IMG/VR virus record: IMGVR_UViG_3300009678_001574
Length of the DNA: 64,000 bases
Source: a virus
Direction: 5' to 3' (one strand)
Part shown: positions 59,981 through 64,000 of the stretch, in pieces
How positions within the stretch are numbered: position 1 is the stretch's first letter
Layout of the letters: each line of letters starts with the position of its first letter
The notes under the pieces: generated by a model
Seen by the model: only the letters and a program-made list of their open reading frames with translations
What the model was told of the DNA's origin: nothing
Databases searched by the model: none
Made by a program: the position numbers and the translations under genes

Positions 59981-60412
59981 ATGCACACGATGAAAATTTT
60001 GCGAGGAGTTAGCGGCAGCGGCAAGAGCACCAGGGCTAAGGAGCTTTGTAAGGAAGTTCTTGGTCAGGGTAAGCAGGCTGTCACCTGCTCTGCTGACGAA
60101 TTTTTTGTCGACCCCGCTACTGGTGATTACAACTTCGACAGTCGTAAGTTGGGTGAGGCTCATGCTTGGTGCCGTGGCAATGCTCACATGGCTATGCGTC
60201 TCGGTGTTGACCTCGTAGTCATTGATAACACCAACACTCGTCGCTGGGAGTACGAGGGTTATATCAAGATGGCCACTGATGCTGGCTACGAAGTGAGCGA
60301 AGAAATCGTTGGACAGTTCGATGAGAGCAATCTCAAGGCGTATGCCAATCGTAACAAACACGGTGTTCCGCTGGATGCTATTCGTAAGATGGCACAGAGG
60401 TTTGAAAAGTAA
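59981..60412 (+). CDS. P-loop kinase, AAA_33 / N4BP2 / polynucleotide-kinase-like
   Basis: ILRGVSGSGKST, SADEFF, AH.WC, VVIDNTN...WE, RN.HGVP...I..M..RFE. Confidence 0.85.
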   Translation: MHTMKILRGVSGSGKSTRAKELCKEVLGQGKQAVTCSADEFFVDPATGDYNFDSRKLGEAHAWCRGNAHMAMRLGVDLVVIDNTNTRRWEYEGYIKMATDAGYEVSEEIVGQFDESNLKAYANRNKHGVPLDAIRKMAQRFEK

Positions 60413-60550
60413 TTCGTAAGTTGGGCCTTAAAAAGCCCTTCCCGGTAGTGAGGGTCAGAACTACTTCCGACGGTGTAGGAATTGATACCCGAGGCAGACA
60501 CTGAGCCATAGATGTGAGGACGGCGGGTAAATAGCCGCAATTAAATAATA

Positions 60551-60627
60551 GCCGCCCAGGCACTATTGTCATCATGGCTATGATCCTTTTATGTTCATAG
60601 CCCCAGGTTTAATTGGTGACATGCGGC
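60551..60627 (+). promoter_or_regulatory. Structured 5' leader, copy 2
   Basis: GCCGC-CCAGG...UGUCAUC..GGCUAUGA/UCAUAGCC-CCAGG...GGUGACA.GCGGC. Confidence 0.55.
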
Positions 60628-60648
60628 AATTTAACTACGAGAACAAAC

Positions 60649-61023
60649 ATGAATAGACCAACTCTAAAGATTGGCGATGTGGTTCGCTTGTCTAAAAAGG
60701 GCAAGGTAGCTTACGCAAAGCATAAGATTCTGTTCGACCGTATGGTAGTTCAAGACATCCAAGGGGATTCTTCGGATGGTAGATGTAAGATTGTTTGTAC
60801 TTACTTCTTTGGCAATCAAGCATCTAAGGGTATCTTTGCTCGCAAGCACTTGTGGAGTACTGGATACAATGTAAACGACAAGAGCACAAATACTTCATAC
60901 GCTACTGACAACAACGGAAAATTGTTTTGTGTTAAGTGTAATCAGCCAACAAGGCTAGTCATGGGGATTATCAAGTCATACGACATATGTAAGAATACAT
61001 CATGTGTATGGTATAACAACTAA
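60649..61023 (+). CDS. KOW/SH3-like plus zinc-finger protein, paralog 2
   Basis: LKIGDVVRLSKKG...LWSTGYN...CVKC..PT...ICKN.SC; aligns with 41317-41775. Confidence 0.75.
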   Translation: MNRPTLKIGDVVRLSKKGKVAYAKHKILFDRMVVQDIQGDSSDGRCKIVCTYFFGNQASKGIFARKHLWSTGYNVNDKSTNTSYATDNNGKLFCVKCNQPTRLVMGIIKSYDICKNTSCVWYNN

Positions 61024-61037
61024 TGATGTAAGGCTAC

Positions 61038-61358
61038 ATGGACCCTCCAAAAATATTGCCTCCAGAACATGATAAATTGGAACCCAGTGAGCTGGTTCTA
61101 CAGTTAATATCATCTATAAGAAATCTAGATGGTATGCTGGATATTTTGATTGAAGTAGTATCCAGTGATATGTGTAAAGAGGAATATAAAGAGGAGTTGA
61201 AATCTCGTACAGATAGACTGCTCCAAACTAGATTTTGTTTGACCTATAGTCTAATGGACACTAGACCGACACTGGCCAAAGTACTAGAGGTGAGTGAGCA
61301 TAGTGTCTTGGCATCTGGTCCTGCTCTTTATGATGCTATTAAAAGGCGAGTAAGATGA
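61038..61358 (+). CDS. Hypothetical protein
   Basis: 106-aa ORF. Confidence 0.5.
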   Translation: MDPPKILPPEHDKLEPSELVLQLISSIRNLDGMLDILIEVVSSDMCKEEYKEELKSRTDRLLQTRFCLTYSLMDTRPTLAKVLEVSEHSVLASGPALYDAIKRRVR

Positions 61359-61800
61359 ATAGGTTAATTAAGTTCGTAGAAAACAAGTACGTTAGCATTA
61401 CCATTGTAGTGTTAAACGTACTATTATTTCTAGTATCCAATGACAGGTCCTCTAAGATATTAAGCCTGGCTTGCATATGTAGCGTTGTGGTTAGCCAGCT
61501 ACTCAAGAGTATTCACAAAGACAATAACAAATGAACAAGGCTTATATAGTTCCTTTCGTTCTAGGAACGATATTCGGATGTTTCATTTGGTACTTTGGTA
61601 GCGAGATACTTAACCGTCCAACTAGTCGTGAACTAACTCCACAAGAGGAAGTTGAACGTATGATGGACTGCCTTGGAATAGGAGACTAACTGTGGATATC
61701 AAAGAGACACTTGTTGAAATTATCAAGCTTACGCATTCAACTGATGGTGGACAGGATTCGGCATATGAGCGCCTTCAAGACATTCGCAAAACGGCTGGTG

Positions 61801-62169
61801 ATGCTCTTCACAGCATTGACCCTGCTGCTGAAGAGGAAGTGGCCTTGGACTAGATACAAGGTATTCCTCGATGATGACAGGATGCCTTCTCAGATTTATG
61901 GACCTGGCGCTAATAGTAGGTGGACTGTTGCTAGGACCACCGAAGCTGCTAAGGTCCTGCTACTTACCGGCAAAGTAACTCACATCTCCCTTGACAACGA
62001 TTTGGGTGACGGGCAGGCTGAAGGTCACACTCTTTTGTTTTGGATGATAGAGAATGATGTTTGGCCGTCCGACTTCGTTGAAGTTCACTCTGCTAATATC
62101 GCCCGCTCCCCAGGAATGAAGGCAGATATTGAGCGCTGGTTCTACACCGCGAAAGGAAAGAAACGATGA
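61801..62169 (+). CDS. Cyclic-phosphate-processing receiver domain protein (start uncertain)
   Basis: KVFLDDDR.P, ISLDNDLG...EG..LL.W, VHSAN. Confidence 0.75.
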   Translation: MLFTALTLLLKRKWPWTRYKVFLDDDRMPSQIYGPGANSRWTVARTTEAAKVLLLTGKVTHISLDNDLGDGQAEGHTLLFWMIENDVWPSDFVEVHSANIARSPGMKADIERWFYTAKGKKR

Positions 62170-63227
62170 GATTTACTAGATACAATATGTTGGTCAAATC
62201 GGTTGTAAGCATACGGCCGGCCATACTACATACAGTATGTGATTGTTGTGATGATACCATTTGGCTTGAGCTAACTTACAGGGTATCTACCGCTAATAAG
62301 ACCTACAATATTTGTATGTCATGTGCACCTAACAAGCAGACGGCATATGAACTTATCAATCCAAGATACGCTACTGTTCAAAATGTCCTAGTGCGTAATG
62401 CCAATCGAATGGCTGAACTAGCTAGCAGAAAGATTGAGCTGGCTCAAGATGGCTTGAAGAAAATTATTCAAGTTATGCATGACCCCAGTTCGGACTGGAA
62501 TCCTGAACGAGACAAGATTATCGTTGAGGTTACAGTTGAGGCAGAAAATACTTTGAGAGAGTTGGATGGTGGGGCTAGAGCTGTCCAACTCTCAAATCGA
62601 AAAAAGACTAAGAAGCGGGAAGCGTTTCCCGAAACAAATAAGGAGCATGCAAATGTCTGAAGCAATGAAGAAGATTCGCTATAGTGGAGTTAAGCGCAAT
62701 AAGCGCAAGAATATTCTTGTGACTCTTCGTCTACAAGATGAGTTGTTCTTCGGTATTGCGCGTTGCAATATCAAGGCAGATAAGTATAACCGTAAGCTGG
62801 GGCAGACTCTGGCTCTTGGTCGTGCTACTGATGCCGCGAGTAACCAAGATATCCCCGCTAGTACGCTTTACATCGACAAGACTGGATTGTCTGGCAAGTG
62901 TACGATTGACAACACGAAGTTTCTTCTCCGTTATTTCGAGTCTTTTCGCTAAAGGAGCTGTAAATGTCTTACACGATTAACGATGCTGTAGCTGAGTATA
63001 CGAAGATAATCGAGGATAGGACTAGCAAAAAGATTGACGACCCAGGTGTTCGTGAGCGTGTTACTGCACTGAACAATAAGTGTGCAGAAGAGGGCGTTAT
63101 ATTTAGCGCTAGCGCCGATGTCATCATTGCGGGTGTGAAGGGCGAGGCGCCTCCCGCAGAAGATAATTATGATTCTTTCAACGATGATAGTTCATGGGAG
63201 GACGATTGGGAATCGTACTCCTTCTAG
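62166..63227 (+). CDS. Three hypothetical ORFs (62166-62660, 62653-62952, 62964-63227)
   Basis: Coupled ORFs; G.ARC...D.YNRK.G..LA.GRA in second. Confidence 0.55.
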
Positions 63228-63236
63228 GGGTACGTC

Positions 63237-64000
63237 ATGCTTCTGATTGGTTCTGTTGCTGCTAAGTACCATATACCGCAGTTTAGACAACCAGACGATG
63301 TTGACCTTATTCTTAGTGAGAATGAGGTAGGAGATTTCTACAGGATTAACGAGGATAGGATTGTGGAGTTTAGACCGCAATTCTATAGCAATCGTTATAC
63401 TTGTAAGTTGGTAGACGCTTGTAACATTAGCAGAGTCGAACTGCATGTGGCGACTCCTGGTTCTGGTTATGAGATGCTTCTCAATGCACAAAGGCATATA
63501 AGCATAGTTCAGGTTATGAACTGTAGAGCCTATGTTGCTAGCCTTCGTACTCTGTTGGCTATCAAGAAGACTCACATTACATTTCCTGTTAAGTGGCAAA
63601 AGCATATTCGAGACTATCATATCTTGAAGCAGCATGACCATGAAGGACAAAACTTCATGCAAGATAATGTTATGCTCAAAGACGCCTACTCAATGATACT
63701 TGAAGATACGATGAAGCGTTTCGGCAAGTACAGAGCATCTAGCCTCAATATGACCAATGAGGAGTTCTTTGCCAAGTCTGCTGCTTATGTAGGTAGGAAG
63801 TATGAACATGATGACCTGCACAGGCTTGTTATGTTTTATGACACTCCAATGTACACCAAGCTTAAGACCGACCAATCTAAGGCATTGTGTCTTAGGTCTA
63901 AGTGGGATGAGCTTAGCCTCGATGACCAAATTAGGGCTGTTAAGGAAGAGGCATACGTCATAGCCTTGGAACGTAAAATTATTCCAGCTTATGAGCGCGG
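63237..64000 (+). CDS. Phage protein with nucleotidyltransferase-like N-terminus, truncated by window end
   Basis: Hand translation MLLIGSVA...DDVDLI...YEHDDLH...EEAYVIALER; open to 64000. Confidence 0.6.
   Translation, partial: MLLIGSVAAKYHIPQFRQPDDVDLILSENEVGDFYRINEDRIVEFRPQFYSNRYTCKLVDACNISRVELHVATPGSGYEMLLNAQRHISIVQVMNCRAYVASLRTLLAIKKTHITFPVKWQKHIRDYHILKQHDHEGQNFMQDNVMLKDAYSMILEDTMKRFGKYRASSLNMTNEEFFAKSAAYVGRKYEHDDLHRLVMFYDTPMYTKLKTDQSKALCLRSKWDELSLDDQIRAVKEEAYVIALERKIIPAYER

Noticed and set aside
1-64000. Minus-strand ORFs in the track (e.g. 19905-20612, 37608-38588, 47323-47907, 56937-57482)
   Set aside because: All are antisense shadows of well-supported + strand genes or RNAs, with no RBS or recognisable domains; the window is uniformly + strand.

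Overview
This window is a 64-kb, single-polarity (+ strand) slice of a large dsDNA bacteriophage genome. No structural, terminase or polymerase genes were recognised. The host is probably Gram-negative (inferred from an outer-membrane beta-barrel and lipoproteins). Four zones are visible. (1) 1-13 kb is AT-rich and holds nucleotide-metabolism and housekeeping genes (rnhB, tmk, thyA, folA, amidase endolysin, two HNH nucleases, GIY-YIG, guaB-like, groES, purA). (2) 13.7-19.4 kb is an array of about 20 small, divergent ORFs sharing an N-terminal h-x-x-h-Y-x-x-x-L helix, ending at a terminator. (3) 19.5-25.1 kb switches abruptly to GC-rich, host-like codon usage. It has two phased arrays of a TTGC-N7-GCAA palindrome, three sigma70-like promoters with a palindrome in an 18-bp spacer, and an early-type operon in which nearly every gene boundary carries a self-cleaving ribozyme: 1 hammerhead, 2 HDV-like and 8 twisters, folded by hand and supported by compensatory base changes. 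A 689-nt largely ORF-free RNA lies exactly between two twister cut sites. A ninth twister heads a similar GC-rich island at 39.4 kb. (4) 25-64 kb is a dense run of small accessory ORFs. It includes Imm, DUF3228, a PRTase, an OMP beta-barrel, tRNA-Tyr, tRNA-Lys, three aberrant tRNA-like elements, coaD, an isochorismatase-family enzyme, a SLOG protein, a double-AAA ATPase, a macrodomain, a PNK-like kinase and a cyclic-phosphate-processing receiver domain. The ribozyme-punctuated early operon is the standout system. All folds, family calls and GC statements were made by eye, without software or database searches.
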